A DNA stretch of 64,000 bases. It comes from an uncultured delta proteobacterium. Its GTDB lineage: Bacteria > Myxococcota_A > Polyangia > Polyangiales > Polyangiaceae. Each line of letters begins with the position of its first letter. Position 1 is the first letter of the stretch. The DNA lies in the NCBI GenBank assembly GCA_963782055.1, contig CAWAIF010000003.1, forward strand, positions 2,048,001-2,112,000, in the 5' to 3' direction. Under the pieces are notes generated by a model. That model searched no databases. It was not told where the DNA came from and saw nothing but the letters and a program-made list of their open reading frames with translations. Position numbers and translations under genes: made by a program. Shown here piece by piece: positions 1 through 9,361 of the stretch.

Positions 1-422
1 TTCCACTCGATCTGGTAGGCCGTGACGATGGGGACGAGGTCGTCGATGTCGCTCACGCTGGCGATGAAGGCGGCGAGGGTGCCCTTGCCGTCCCAGCGCA
101 GCGGGCGGCGGCGGCCGCGCGTGCGCACCACCTCCCAGTCGCGCACCTCGAAACCTTCGGCCTCGAAGAGCTCGTGCGACTGGCCCATCACCAGCAGCCT
201 GGCCTCGAGCATCTCGGCGGGGAGTCGCGCGGCGGAGTAGGCGAACGCCGAGACGTCCGGCTCGAGGGACAGCGCGTGCGGGTGCAGCGAGGAGGCGCTG
301 TAGGCGTGGGCCTCCTCGAAGGCGCGTACGCGGACGCGCCCGGAGGAGCGCAGGAGCGACGTGTACGTGCGGACGTAGAGGTCGATCTCGTCGGACGGGG
401 CTACCGGCGGCTGGCGTTCCAC
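1..422 (-). CDS. Conserved hypothetical protein, DUF6909-like, N-terminal part (runs off the window edge)
   Basis: Manual translation from GTG at 422 gives ERQPPVAPSDEIDLYVRTYTSLLRSSGRVRVRAFEEAHAYSASSLH...SDIDDLVPIVTAYQIEW, open to position 1. Family name recalled, not searched. Confidence 0.65.
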   Translation of the reverse strand, partial: MERQPPVAPSDEIDLYVRTYTSLLRSSGRVRVRAFEEAHAYSASSLHPHALSLEPDVSAFAYSAARLPAEMLEARLLVMGQSHELFEAEGFEVRDWEVVRTRGRRRPLRWDGKGTLAAFIASVSDIDDLVPIVTAYQIEW

Positions 423-431
423 GCCGCCATC

Positions 432-1379
432 TTACTCGCCGTCGGGGCTCGCGAACGCTTCCTCGACGAGGGCGCGAGCCTCGGCGAGCCGGCGCTCCTG
501 CTCGGGGTCGCGCGGCCGCGCGGCCGGCGGCGCCGCGGGGAGGGGCGGCGCGTCGTCCTTCGACCCGCGGGACGAGAAGATGCGCGAGAGCCACCCCCTG
601 GGGCGCGCCAGCTTGAAGGCCCCTTCCGCCACGGACTCGGGCTCCTCCCGCAGGGCGCGCGCGAGCTCCCGGTTGGATTCCATCCACGCCCACGCCTCGT
701 CGAAGGCCTCGCGCTGCGTGGCCTCCATGTGGGCGCGCGCACGCGCCGGCCTGATCTCGTGCTGCCCGCAGAAGAGCGCCACGAGCACCGCCGTCTCGGC
801 GACGCCCAGCGCGGTGCCCTGGTGCACGTGCACGCCGCCGCACGACTTCTGGTACACGTGCGACGCCGCGAGCAGCAGCAGGCCCATACCGGACGCCGCC
901 GCGGCGAGCTCGCTGCGCACGCCGACCTCCGACGCATCCGGCTCCTCGCCCGCCTCCGCGAGGATCATCGCGCCCACGCCCCGCGCGAGCGACGCCACCA
1001 TCCGCGCGGGCGTGCCGGTGTCCGCCATCGCCAGCGGGAGGCGGTAGCCGCTCCCCACGTGGGCGACGCCGTCCAGCCGCGCCGCGCCGCCTGGCGCGCA
1101 GCTCGTCGCGCACGCGCCGGTGCCGCAGCCGCCCGCGGCCTCCTCGCCGTCCTCCACCAGCGCGATCTGCACGCCCAGCCCATCGTCGAGGGGCGAGTAG
1201 CTGATCAGCCGGCGCAGCAACCGGCCGAGGCTCTCGCCGTCGCGCTCGAAGCGATCGGGGAAGTGCTCGGCGGTCGGCGTCACCAGCTCCGCGCCCTCCC
1301 ACACGTCGCCGGCCGCCGCGAGGATCTCGGCGTAGCCCTGGACCAGGTCGCGCAGGGTGCCTTCCGGGGGGAGCGTCAT
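432..1379 (-). CDS. Hypothetical protein with Cys-Gly motifs, possibly a degenerate zincin-like fold
   Basis: 315 aa ORF with typical composition; GGCGTGACATSC and KSCGG motifs; stop is 9 nt from the next gene's start. Confidence 0.7.
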   Translation of the reverse strand: MTLPPEGTLRDLVQGYAEILAAAGDVWEGAELVTPTAEHFPDRFERDGESLGRLLRRLISYSPLDDGLGVQIALVEDGEEAAGGCGTGACATSCAPGGAARLDGVAHVGSGYRLPLAMADTGTPARMVASLARGVGAMILAEAGEEPDASEVGVRSELAAAASGMGLLLLAASHVYQKSCGGVHVHQGTALGVAETAVLVALFCGQHEIRPARARAHMEATQREAFDEAWAWMESNRELARALREEPESVAEGAFKLARPRGWLSRIFSSRGSKDDAPPLPAAPPAARPRDPEQERRLAEARALVEEAFASPDGE

Positions 1380-1418
1380 GCGTTACATTCTAGCAAAGGC
1401 CCGGCCGGGCCGCCCGAG

Positions 1419-2315
1419 ATGCCGTTCACCCTCGCCACGTTCAACACGCTCGACCTCTTCGAACCCGAGGACCAGGGTTCGCGTGACGTGATGCGCGTGA
1501 AGCTCGCGGCGTTCGGCAAGATGCTGCGGCCGCTGCACGTCGACGTGCTGGCGTTGCAGGAGGTGGGGTCGGCCGCCATGGTCCAGGCGGTGGGTGAGGC
1601 GATCGGCGGCGGCTTCGCCGACCCGGTCGTGGGCCGGGCCGACAAGCGCGGCATCCGCAACGCCGTCGTCAGCCGGCGCCCCATCCTGGGCGCCGAGACC
1701 CTCCACCGCCCGTCGCTCGACTTCCCCGTCTTCCACCGCGGCGATCCCCACCCCTTCCCGGAGCGCATTCCCCTGCGGCGCGCCGTCCCGAGCGTCCTGG
1801 TCGACGCGGGCGACGTGGGGCGCGTGCGCGTGCTGTGCGTCCACTTCAAGTCGCGGCGCGTCGTCCCCCTGCGCGACGAGTCGGGGGAGCCGCTGCCCGG
1901 CCGGTCTGCCGCGGACGGCGCGGAGGCCGAGCTGCGGTCGCTCGTGCTGCGCTCGGCCGAGGCCCTCTTCGTCCGGCGCGCGGTGGACGCCATCCTGGAG
2001 CGCGACCCCACGGCTCAGGTGGCTGTCTGCGGGGACCTCAACGACGTCGCCGGTTCCGTCACAGTGCGAATCGTGCAGGGCGACGGTCCGACGGCGCTCC
2101 ACTCGTGCGGCGAGCTGGTCCCGGAGGCGCAGCGCTTCAGCGTCCTGCACGACGGCCTCCCCGCCGCGATCGATCACGTCCTCTGCACCGAGAATCTGGC
2201 CCGCAAGGTGAGCATGGCGTGCTTCGTCAACGACTCTTTGCGCAGCCACGAGCTGTTGCCGGAGGGCCCCAAGCCGGACTCCGATCACGCGCCGCTCGTC
2301 GTCCGCTTCGGCTAA
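1419..2315 (+). CDS. Endonuclease/exonuclease/phosphatase (EEP) family protein
   Basis: ATFNTLDL, LALQEV, GDLND, IDHVL and SDHAPL motifs. True start is ATG 1419 inside the 174..2315 ORF. Confidence 0.9.
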   Translation: MPFTLATFNTLDLFEPEDQGSRDVMRVKLAAFGKMLRPLHVDVLALQEVGSAAMVQAVGEAIGGGFADPVVGRADKRGIRNAVVSRRPILGAETLHRPSLDFPVFHRGDPHPFPERIPLRRAVPSVLVDAGDVGRVRVLCVHFKSRRVVPLRDESGEPLPGRSAADGAEAELRSLVLRSAEALFVRRAVDAILERDPTAQVAVCGDLNDVAGSVTVRIVQGDGPTALHSCGELVPEAQRFSVLHDGLPAAIDHVLCTENLARKVSMACFVNDSLRSHELLPEGPKPDSDHAPLVVRFG

Positions 2316-2366
2316 CGACCGCGTCGCGGTCCGCATTTTTCGATATAGTGGGCGGCCCGTCCGTCC

Positions 2367-4379
2367 ATGAACGATCCCTCGGCTCAACACGAGCTCGACG
2401 CCCTCATCCAGCAGGCCGACGAAGCGCGACGCCTCAGTGCCTTCGACGACGCACTCACGGCGTACAAGCGCGCGTTGATGGTCAGCTCGGAGGACGACGT
2501 GCTCGAGCGCGCGAGCATCTACGCCGGCATCGGCGAGACGAAGCGCGCGCAGGGCAAGGGGCGCGAGGCGGAGCTCAACTACGACAAGGCGCTCTCGCTG
2601 ATGCCGGGCTACAAGCCGGCGCTCACGGCGATGATCGACATCGCCGTCGCCGAGAAGGACTGGCGCCGCGTCGCCACCCTCTACGTGCGCCTCTCCGAGC
2701 ACGCCATCGACGACGACGCGAAGGCGGACGCCCTCAAGCACGCGGCGGAGGTCCAGCTCCGCGAGCTCTCCGACACCCGCGCGGCGATCGAGACGCTGGA
2801 GCGCGCGCGCGCCCTCGTGGGCGACGACACCGAGGTGCTCGGCGCGCTGCGAGGCCTCTACGAGAAGATCCACCGCTGGCCCAAGGTGGTGGAGGTGCTC
2901 GGCGCGCTCTGCACCGAGACCGACGACGCGGCCGAGCGCGCCTCGCTGCGCTTCGAGCAGGCGGACATCACCCTCGGTCGCCTCCGCGACGAGCCCAAGG
3001 GCCTCGGCTTCCTCGAGGCCGCGCTGGAGGAGGACCCCACCCACGAGAAATCGCTGGTGGCGCTGGTGGCCGTGCGCACCAAGCTCGGCCACTGGGCCGA
3101 CCTGGAGCGCATCTACGCGCGCCTCATCGATCGCCACGCCGAGCGCGGGGACGCACAGCGCGCGTGGGACGTGTGCAAGCGCCTCGGCACCCTCCGGCGC
3201 GACAAGCTCGGCGACGGCCCCGGCGCGATCGAGGCGTTCGTCGGCGCGGTGAAGGTGAGGCCGGACGACGCCGAGACGCGCGCCGCCCTCGCCGAGCTGT
3301 ACATCGCCAAGGGCGAGCCGGCGGCGGCGCTCGCGGAGCTGGAGCACGCCGCGGCCTCCGCGCCGACGCGCGCGCAGACGTTCCGCCGCCTGTACGAGAT
3401 CCACGTCAAGCGAGGCGTCACCGACCGCGCCTGGCTGGCGGCGCTCGCCCTGGAAGAGCTCGGGGCCGCCGACATGGACCACCAGCTCACCGTCGACCAG
3501 TTCAAGCCGGAGGGCGCGCTGCGCCCCACCGCCACGCTGGACGACGCGACGTGGGACGCCTCGCTGCGCGCGCCCGGTCACGACCGGCTGCTCGAGGCCA
3601 TGCTCCGCGCCGTCTCCACCGCGGCGGTGGAGGCGAAGCTCGCGGAGCTCGGGGCCGCCCGGAAGCTCGTCACCCTCGACCCCGCCGCCAAGCAGGATCC
3701 GGCGAGCACCGTCTCCATCGTGCGCACCTTCGTCTGGGCGAGCCACGTGCTCGGCATTCCGGTGCCGGACATCTACGCCCTGCCCGACGTGCCCGGCGGC
3801 ATCGCCGCGGTCCCCACGCACGCGCCGACGACCGCCGTCGGCCCGGCGGTGCTGCGCAACCAGACGGTGCCGGAGCTCGCCTTCGTCGTCGCGCGGCACC
3901 TCACCTACTTCCGGCCGGAGCACTACCCGCTCGTCTTCTACCCCACGCTGCCCGAGCTCACCGCGCTCTTCCTCGCCATGCTCAAGGTCGCCCTCCCGGA
4001 GGTGCCCATCCCGGCGAACGAGTCGGTGGCCAAGCTTCGCAAGGGGATCGCCAGGTTCCTCGCGCCGGAGCAGAAGGAGCCGCTGGTCGCCGCGGCGAAG
4101 GCGTTCGAGGAAGCGGGCGGGCGCGCCGACCTCGCGCAGTGGATCCGCAGCGTGGAGCTCACCGCTCACCGCGCGGCGCTCGTCCTCTGCGGTGACTTCC
4201 ACGTCGCCATGAAGCGCATCAAGGGAGAGACACGCGTCATCGCCGACGTGACGGGCGCCGACCGCCGCCTCAATCTCGTCGCGTACCTCGCGTCGTCCGG
4301 CCTCGCCGACGCACGGCAGAAGCTGGGTTTCGGCCCGTCACCCTCCATCCGCCCGCCCCCGCCCGAAGCGCCGGAGTGA
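2367..4379 (+). CDS. Tetratricopeptide-repeat protein with a degenerate M48-peptidase-like C-terminal domain
   Basis: Helical TPR-like repeats (AYKRAL, YDKALSLMPGY, LEAALEEDPTH); C-terminal ELAFVVARHL and ELTAHRAALVLCGD. Confidence 0.75.
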   Translation: MNDPSAQHELDALIQQADEARRLSAFDDALTAYKRALMVSSEDDVLERASIYAGIGETKRAQGKGREAELNYDKALSLMPGYKPALTAMIDIAVAEKDWRRVATLYVRLSEHAIDDDAKADALKHAAEVQLRELSDTRAAIETLERARALVGDDTEVLGALRGLYEKIHRWPKVVEVLGALCTETDDAAERASLRFEQADITLGRLRDEPKGLGFLEAALEEDPTHEKSLVALVAVRTKLGHWADLERIYARLIDRHAERGDAQRAWDVCKRLGTLRRDKLGDGPGAIEAFVGAVKVRPDDAETRAALAELYIAKGEPAAALAELEHAAASAPTRAQTFRRLYEIHVKRGVTDRAWLAALALEELGAADMDHQLTVDQFKPEGALRPTATLDDATWDASLRAPGHDRLLEAMLRAVSTAAVEAKLAELGAARKLVTLDPAAKQDPASTVSIVRTFVWASHVLGIPVPDIYALPDVPGGIAAVPTHAPTTAVGPAVLRNQTVPELAFVVARHLTYFRPEHYPLVFYPTLPELTALFLAMLKVALPEVPIPANESVAKLRKGIARFLAPEQKEPLVAAAKAFEEAGGRADLAQWIRSVELTAHRAALVLCGDFHVAMKRIKGETRVIADVTGADRRLNLVAYLASSGLADARQKLGFGPSPSIRPPPPEAPE

Positions 4380-4391
4380 ACGCCCCGCGCG

Positions 4392-5450
4392 CTACCTCGC
4401 GGTGAGCGCGACCTCGGCTGTGCAGACCTCCACCGTGACGTCGCGCTCGGTCGCGTCGGCGACGCGCGTGGGGCAGTCGGCGAAGGCGAGGGCGCGCGTG
4501 GGCGCCCCGAGATCCACGCGCACGGTGCGCGCGGCGTGCGTCGCCTCGGCCGTCGCGGCGTGCACCGAGACGGGCGCGCCGTGCAGTGACGGCAGCAGCA
4601 GCCTCAGCGCGCGGCCGAAGGCGAAGGCGTCGCGGAAGCGTCCGCGCGGCGACCGGGCCGTCGCCAGCGCGACCGCGCCCCAGAGCTCGTCGCCGAGCCC
4701 CTCGATGCGCCCGGGATCGCGCTTCTCGCGCGCGCGGGTGACCGCCGCGCGGCCGACGACGTCGTCGAAGGGACCGCGGCCGGCCAGCATCTCGTACAGG
4801 ACCAGCCCGGTGCTGTAGACGTCGCTCGCCGGCCCGAGCAGGTCGCCGCGGAGCTGCTCCGGGCTCGCGTAGCGCACGGTGCCGCCGAAGCGCGCGGTGT
4901 GACGGTGAGCGCCGAGCAGGTGCACCACGCCGAAGTCGAGCAGCTTGGGCACGATCTCGCCGGACCGCTCGCGGTGCAGGAACACGTTGTCCGGCTTCAC
5001 GTCGCAGTGCAGGACGCCCACGTCGTGCGCGTGGTCGAGCGCCGACAGCAGGTCGATCGCCACCGTCACGGCACCGCGCTGCGAGAGGGGGCCGGCGCGC
5101 AGCACGTCGCCCAGCGTGGCGCCGTGGAGCCGCTCCATCACGATGTAGGGGACGCGCAGCGCGCCGGTGGTGGCGCCCGCCGTGAAGACGCGCACCACGT
5201 TCGGGTGCGACAGCCGGCCCATCACGCGCGCCTCCCGGCGCATCCGGCCCTCCAGGTCGGGGTCGCCGGCGAGCTCGCCCAGCAGCGTCTTGAGCACGTA
5301 CCGCTTGCCGATGGAGACGTCCTCCACCTCGTAGACCTCGCCCATGCCACCGGTGGCGAGGGGGCGCAGCACGCGGTAGCGGCTCCCGGGGATCAGCTCG
5401 CCGGTCGAGAAGGCGAAGACGTCCATCGCGCGGCCCATCGGACCGCCCAC
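4392..5450 (-). CDS. Serine/threonine protein kinase, soluble, non-RD (HCD)
   Basis: GGMGEVY, VLK, HCDVKPDN, DFG, GTVRYASPE, SDVYS; no TM helix. Start could be 5426 or 5438. Confidence 0.9.
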   Translation of the reverse strand: MGGPMGRAMDVFAFSTGELIPGSRYRVLRPLATGGMGEVYEVEDVSIGKRYVLKTLLGELAGDPDLEGRMRREARVMGRLSHPNVVRVFTAGATTGALRVPYIVMERLHGATLGDVLRAGPLSQRGAVTVAIDLLSALDHAHDVGVLHCDVKPDNVFLHRERSGEIVPKLLDFGVVHLLGAHRHTARFGGTVRYASPEQLRGDLLGPASDVYSTGLVLYEMLAGRGPFDDVVGRAAVTRAREKRDPGRIEGLGDELWGAVALATARSPRGRFRDAFAFGRALRLLLPSLHGAPVSVHAATAEATHAARTVRVDLGAPTRALAFADCPTRVADATERDVTVEVCTAEVALTAR

Positions 5451-5567
5451 CCCTCCCGTTGCGGCCCCCCCTCATTTCTGCGGCGGACGTCGGAGCGCAA
5501 GGCTCCTTGCAATCCGGCGGGCGGGTCCGACGGCGCGCAGGTGCGCCGGAGGGGGGCGGGGGCCGAC

Positions 5568-6506
5568 CTACCGATCGAGCGTCATCAGCTCGTCGATCAG
5601 CTCGCCGGGGCTGCGCCGGCCGAAGAGCGCGCTGTCCAGGGCCGCCAGGATGGGCGCGCGGACCTTCGCCCGGGCCGCCCACGCCACCACCCGCGGGATG
5701 AGCTCCACCGCCTCCACGCGCAGCTCCGCCGCGCGCACCGCCTCCTCCAGCTTCTGGCCGCGCGCCAGGGCCGCGCCCAGCCGGACCTCCGGGCGGTCCT
5801 TCTGGGCGATGCACGCCAGCAGATCGCCGTACCCCGCCAGTCCGAGCAGCGTCCGCTCGTCTCCGCCCGCCGCCGACGCGATGCGCGCGGCCTCCTCGAT
5901 CGCCCGCGTGATGAGCGCCGCCGAGAGCCCGGGCCCGAGCCCGAGCTGGTCGGCGTAGCCGATGCCGATGGCGAGGCAGCCGACGAGCGCGCTCGCCCAC
6001 TCCAGGCCGCACAGATCGGGCGTCGTGTAGACGCGCAGCGTCCGGCAGCCGAAGGCCGCGGAGGAGGCCTCCACCACCTCCGGGTAGGCCGAGCCGCACA
6101 CCAGCACCGCCGGCCGCCCGGCGAGCAGGTCCTCGCTCAGCGCGGGGCCGCCCAGCGCGCCCACGCGCCGCACCGGCGTCTCGCGCCGCACCACGGCGCT
6201 CACCGTCTGCAGCTCGTCGCCCTCGGCGACCAGGCCCCGGACGCCGTGCACCACCAGGTGGCTGCTGCCGACGTGGTCCCCCAGCTCCCGGGCGACCTCG
6301 CCGACGACGTGGGAGGGGATGGCGAGCACCACCAGCCGGGCCGCCGCCACGTCGGCGAGGTCGCTGGTGCGCTGCACGCCCCCCGGCATCTCCCCGCGGC
6401 CGCGGCGCGAGTAGACGAGCGGCTTCGCGCCGGCGCGGGCGGCCGCCGCCGCGAGGGCCAGCCCCCACGCGCCTGCCCCCACGATGGCGACGCTCGGCTC
6501 CGTCAT
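5568..6506 (-). CDS. NAD(P)H-dependent glycerol-3-phosphate dehydrogenase (GpsA)-like protein with degenerate active site
   Basis: GAGAWGLALA Rossmann motif, LGGPA and GLAGYGDL are present; the usual ALKN and SRN motifs are absent. Confidence 0.8.
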   Translation of the reverse strand: MTEPSVAIVGAGAWGLALAAAAARAGAKPLVYSRRGRGEMPGGVQRTSDLADVAAARLVVLAIPSHVVGEVARELGDHVGSSHLVVHGVRGLVAEGDELQTVSAVVRRETPVRRVGALGGPALSEDLLAGRPAVLVCGSAYPEVVEASSAAFGCRTLRVYTTPDLCGLEWASALVGCLAIGIGYADQLGLGPGLSAALITRAIEEAARIASAAGGDERTLLGLAGYGDLLACIAQKDRPEVRLGAALARGQKLEEAVRAAELRVEAVELIPRVVAWAARAKVRAPILAALDSALFGRRSPGELIDELMTLDR

Positions 6507-6650
6507 GACGCGGCCACTGTATCACCGGGGGCGGGTGGGTGGAGACGGCCCGAAGGCCTTGCGCCAGGGCGCCGCAGCGATTAGGTTTCGCGCCCCTCCT
6601 ATGCCGCTGCCGTCCCGGCGCGGCCCCGTCGGAGGACCTCGGAGCCGGTC

Positions 6651-7031
6651 ATGAAGGAAGGAATTCACCCCAACTACCCCGCCGCCCGCGTGACCTGCGC
6701 CTGCGGCAACACGTTCGTGACGCGCTCCACGCGCGGGGACTTCCAGGTCGACGTCTGCGCCAAGTGCCACCCCTTCTACACCGGCACGGTCAAGCTGCTC
6801 GACACCGCCGGCCGCGTCGACCGCTTCCGCAAGCGCTACGAGAAGACGAAGGCCGCCCAGGCCCAGGCCCAGGCCAAGGCGGCGGCGGACGCGGCCAAGG
6901 CCGGCACCGCCAAGGCAGAGCCCGCTGCCGAGGCGAAGGCCCCTCAGGCGAAGGCCGCCGAGGCGAAGGCCCCCGAGGCGAAGGCCCCCGAGGCGAAGGC
7001 CCCCGAGGGCGAGCCCACGCCCGAAGCCTGA
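6651..7031 (+). CDS. rpmE: 50S ribosomal protein L31 (Zn-binding type) with Ala/Lys/Pro-rich C-terminal extension
   Basis: [38 protein letters not shown]. Confidence 0.97.
   Translation: MKEGIHPNYPAARVTCACGNTFVTRSTRGDFQVDVCAKCHPFYTGTVKLLDTAGRVDRFRKRYEKTKAAQAQAQAKAAADAAKAGTAKAEPAAEAKAPQAKAAEAKAPEAKAPEAKAPEGEPTPEA
6930..7004 (+). repeat. Five tandem 15-nt units (GAGGCGAAGGCCCCC, encoding EAKAP) in the L31 tail
   Basis: Three exact and two near-exact copies read directly. Confidence 0.9.
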
Positions 7032-7121
7032 GAACTCTGCCATCGCAAGGTCACATCCGGCTGACCTGACTGCGGCCCCGCTTGCGATCCTCGCGCCGGG
7101 GCACCATCCTGCCGGTTGAGC

Positions 7122-8243
7122 ATGAGCGAACCGTCCACGCGCCCGTACATCGGCGGCCAGGCCGTCCTCGAGGGCGTGATGATGCGCTCCCCGACGAGCT
7201 TTGCCGTCGTCGTGCGCCGCCGCGACGGCTCGCTGGTGGTGCGCGAGCGGGCGATGAAGGACTCCCGCCGCGGCCTCGCGCGCCTGCCCATGTTCCGCGG
7301 GCTGTTCTCCCTCGTCGAGTCGCTGCGCCTCGGGAGTGAGGCGCTCCGCTTCTCGGCCGACAACATGCAGCGCGATCTGGAGGAGGAAGAGCGCGCGGCG
7401 AAGGCCCCGCGTGGCCTCTCGGTGCTGTCCGCGCTGGGCTACTCTCTCTTCGCCCTCGCCACGCAGGAGCCGGAGCCCGCCGTGGCGGCGCCCGCGTCCG
7501 GCGGCGGGCGATCGATGACGCCCCTGCTCGTCATCATGATCGCCTTCCTCATCGCGCTGCCCCAGGCGGCGGCTGCGGGCGTGTCCAGGCTCCTTCACGT
7601 CGACGCCGAGGTGCAGTCGCCGCAGTTCCAGGCGATCACCGGCTTCTTCAAGCTGGGCATCGTGCTCGGGTACCTGCTGCTCATCCGGCGCGTCCCCGAC
7701 ATCCGGCGCGTGTTCCAGTATCACGGGGCCGAGCACAAGACGATCACCACCTACGAGGCGAACGAGCCGCTCGACGTCGCCCACGCGCGCGCAAAGACCA
7801 CGCTCCACCCGCGCTGCGGCACCACCTTCCTGGTGATGGTCGTGCTCGTCTCCGTCATCCTCTTCACCGTGCTGGGCGCCTTCTTGCCGCGCATCCACAC
7901 CGGCTCGCGCATCCTGGACAACGTCGTCTTCTTCCTGTTCAAGCTGCCCACGCTGCCGGTGCTCGTCGGCGTCACCTTCGAGATCCAGCGCCTCTTCGCG
8001 CGCTACTGCACCACCGGCCCGCTGCGCGCGCTGCTGGTGCCGGGGTTCCTCGTGCAGCGCATCACCACCATCGAGCCGGACGACGACCAGCTGGAGGTCG
8101 CGCTCGCCTCGCTGCGCGCCACGCTCTACCGCGAGCACGGTGAGGCGGACGGTGAGTCGGCGGAGGTGACGTTCCCCAGCTACGCCGCCATGCCGGCGTC
8201 GGGCGGCCTGGGCCCCGGAGCGCAGGCCCCCGCGGAGGCCTGA
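7122..8243 (+). CDS. DUF1385 (YqhQ-like) membrane protein
   Basis: IGGQAVLEGVMMR, FQYHGAEHK, HPRCGTTF, QRITTIEPDD; located between rpmE and prfA. Confidence 0.92.
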   Translation: MSEPSTRPYIGGQAVLEGVMMRSPTSFAVVVRRRDGSLVVRERAMKDSRRGLARLPMFRGLFSLVESLRLGSEALRFSADNMQRDLEEEERAAKAPRGLSVLSALGYSLFALATQEPEPAVAAPASGGGRSMTPLLVIMIAFLIALPQAAAAGVSRLLHVDAEVQSPQFQAITGFFKLGIVLGYLLLIRRVPDIRRVFQYHGAEHKTITTYEANEPLDVAHARAKTTLHPRCGTTFLVMVVLVSVILFTVLGAFLPRIHTGSRILDNVVFFLFKLPTLPVLVGVTFEIQRLFARYCTTGPLRALLVPGFLVQRITTIEPDDDQLEVALASLRATLYREHGEADGESAEVTFPSYAAMPASGGLGPGAQAPAEA

Positions 8244-9361
8244 TGCTCCCGCTCGACCGCCTCGAGCAGCTCGCCAAGCGCTACGCCGAGCTGGACGATC
8301 TCCTCTGCCAGCCGGCGGTCCTGGGCGACCCCCCGCGCCTGTCCAAGCTCAACCGCGAGCGCGGGGAGATCGAGCCCATCGTCCAGCACTTCGAGCGCTA
8401 CAAGGGCGTGACGCGCCAGCTCGTGGAGGACGAGGCCGCCCTCGCCGACCCCGAGCTGCGCGAGCTGGCGCAGACCGAGATCCCCCAGCTCGCGGCGGAG
8501 AAGAGCGCGCTGGAGGGGACCATCCAGCTCCTCCTCCTGCCCTCCGACCCGAACGACTCCAAGAACACCATCCTGGAGATCCGCTCCGGCGAGGGCGGCG
8601 AGGAGGCGGCGCTCTTCGCCGCGGATCTCTTCCGCATGTACGGACGCTACGCCGAGACGCAGGGCTGGAAGGTGGAGATCCTCTCCATGAGCGAGAGCGC
8701 GGCCGGCGGCTACAAGGAGGTCGTCGCCCTGGTCACCGGCAAGGACGTCTACTCCAAGCTCCGCTTCGAGGGCGGCGTCCACCGCGTCCAGCGCGTGCCC
8801 GCGACCGAGGCGCAGGGCCGCATCCACACCTCCACCGCGACGGTGGCCGTGCTCCCGGAGGCCGAGGACGTCGACGTGCAGATCGACGACAAGGACCTGG
8901 AGATCAGCATCGCCGCGAGCGGCGGGCCGGGCGGGCAGGGGGTCAACACCACCAACAGCGCGGTGCAGATCCTCCACAAGCCGAGCGGCATGATCGTCAA
9001 GTGCCAGGACGAGCGCTCGCAGCTCAAGAACAAGGCGAAGGCGATGAAGGTGCTGCGCGCGCGCCTGCTGGACATCGAGCAGGCGAAGAAGGAGGCCGCG
9101 GAGGCCTCCGTGCGCCGCTCGATGGTCTCCACCGGCGAGCGCAGCCAGAAGATTCGCACCTACAACTATCCGCAGAACCGCGTGAGCGATCACCGCATCA
9201 AGCTCACGCTGAACAAGCTGGATCGCATCGTCGAGGGGGACATCGAGGAGCTCGTCACCGCGCTTCGCACGCACCGCCAGGCGGAGCTCCTGCAGGAGGC
9301 TGGGCTGGAGAGGCCGCCCGCGGCCGGAGGCGCGCCGCCGTCCGGGGACGACGATGGATGA
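8243..9361 (+). CDS. prfA: Peptide chain release factor 1
   Basis: GVHRVQRVPATE (RF1 PxT motif), GGQ, RIHTSTATVA, IRTYNYPQNRVSDHR. Confidence 0.97.
   Translation: MLPLDRLEQLAKRYAELDDLLCQPAVLGDPPRLSKLNRERGEIEPIVQHFERYKGVTRQLVEDEAALADPELRELAQTEIPQLAAEKSALEGTIQLLLLPSDPNDSKNTILEIRSGEGGEEAALFAADLFRMYGRYAETQGWKVEILSMSESAAGGYKEVVALVTGKDVYSKLRFEGGVHRVQRVPATEAQGRIHTSTATVAVLPEAEDVDVQIDDKDLEISIAASGGPGGQGVNTTNSAVQILHKPSGMIVKCQDERSQLKNKAKAMKVLRARLLDIEQAKKEAAEASVRRSMVSTGERSQKIRTYNYPQNRVSDHRIKLTLNKLDRIVEGDIEELVTALRTHRQAELLQEAGLERPPAAGGAPPSGDDDG

Noticed and set aside
174..1418. N-terminal 415 aa of the 713-aa ORF, suggesting an EEP fusion protein
   Set aside because: It is the antisense shadow of real minus-strand genes; EEP motifs begin at ATG 1419.
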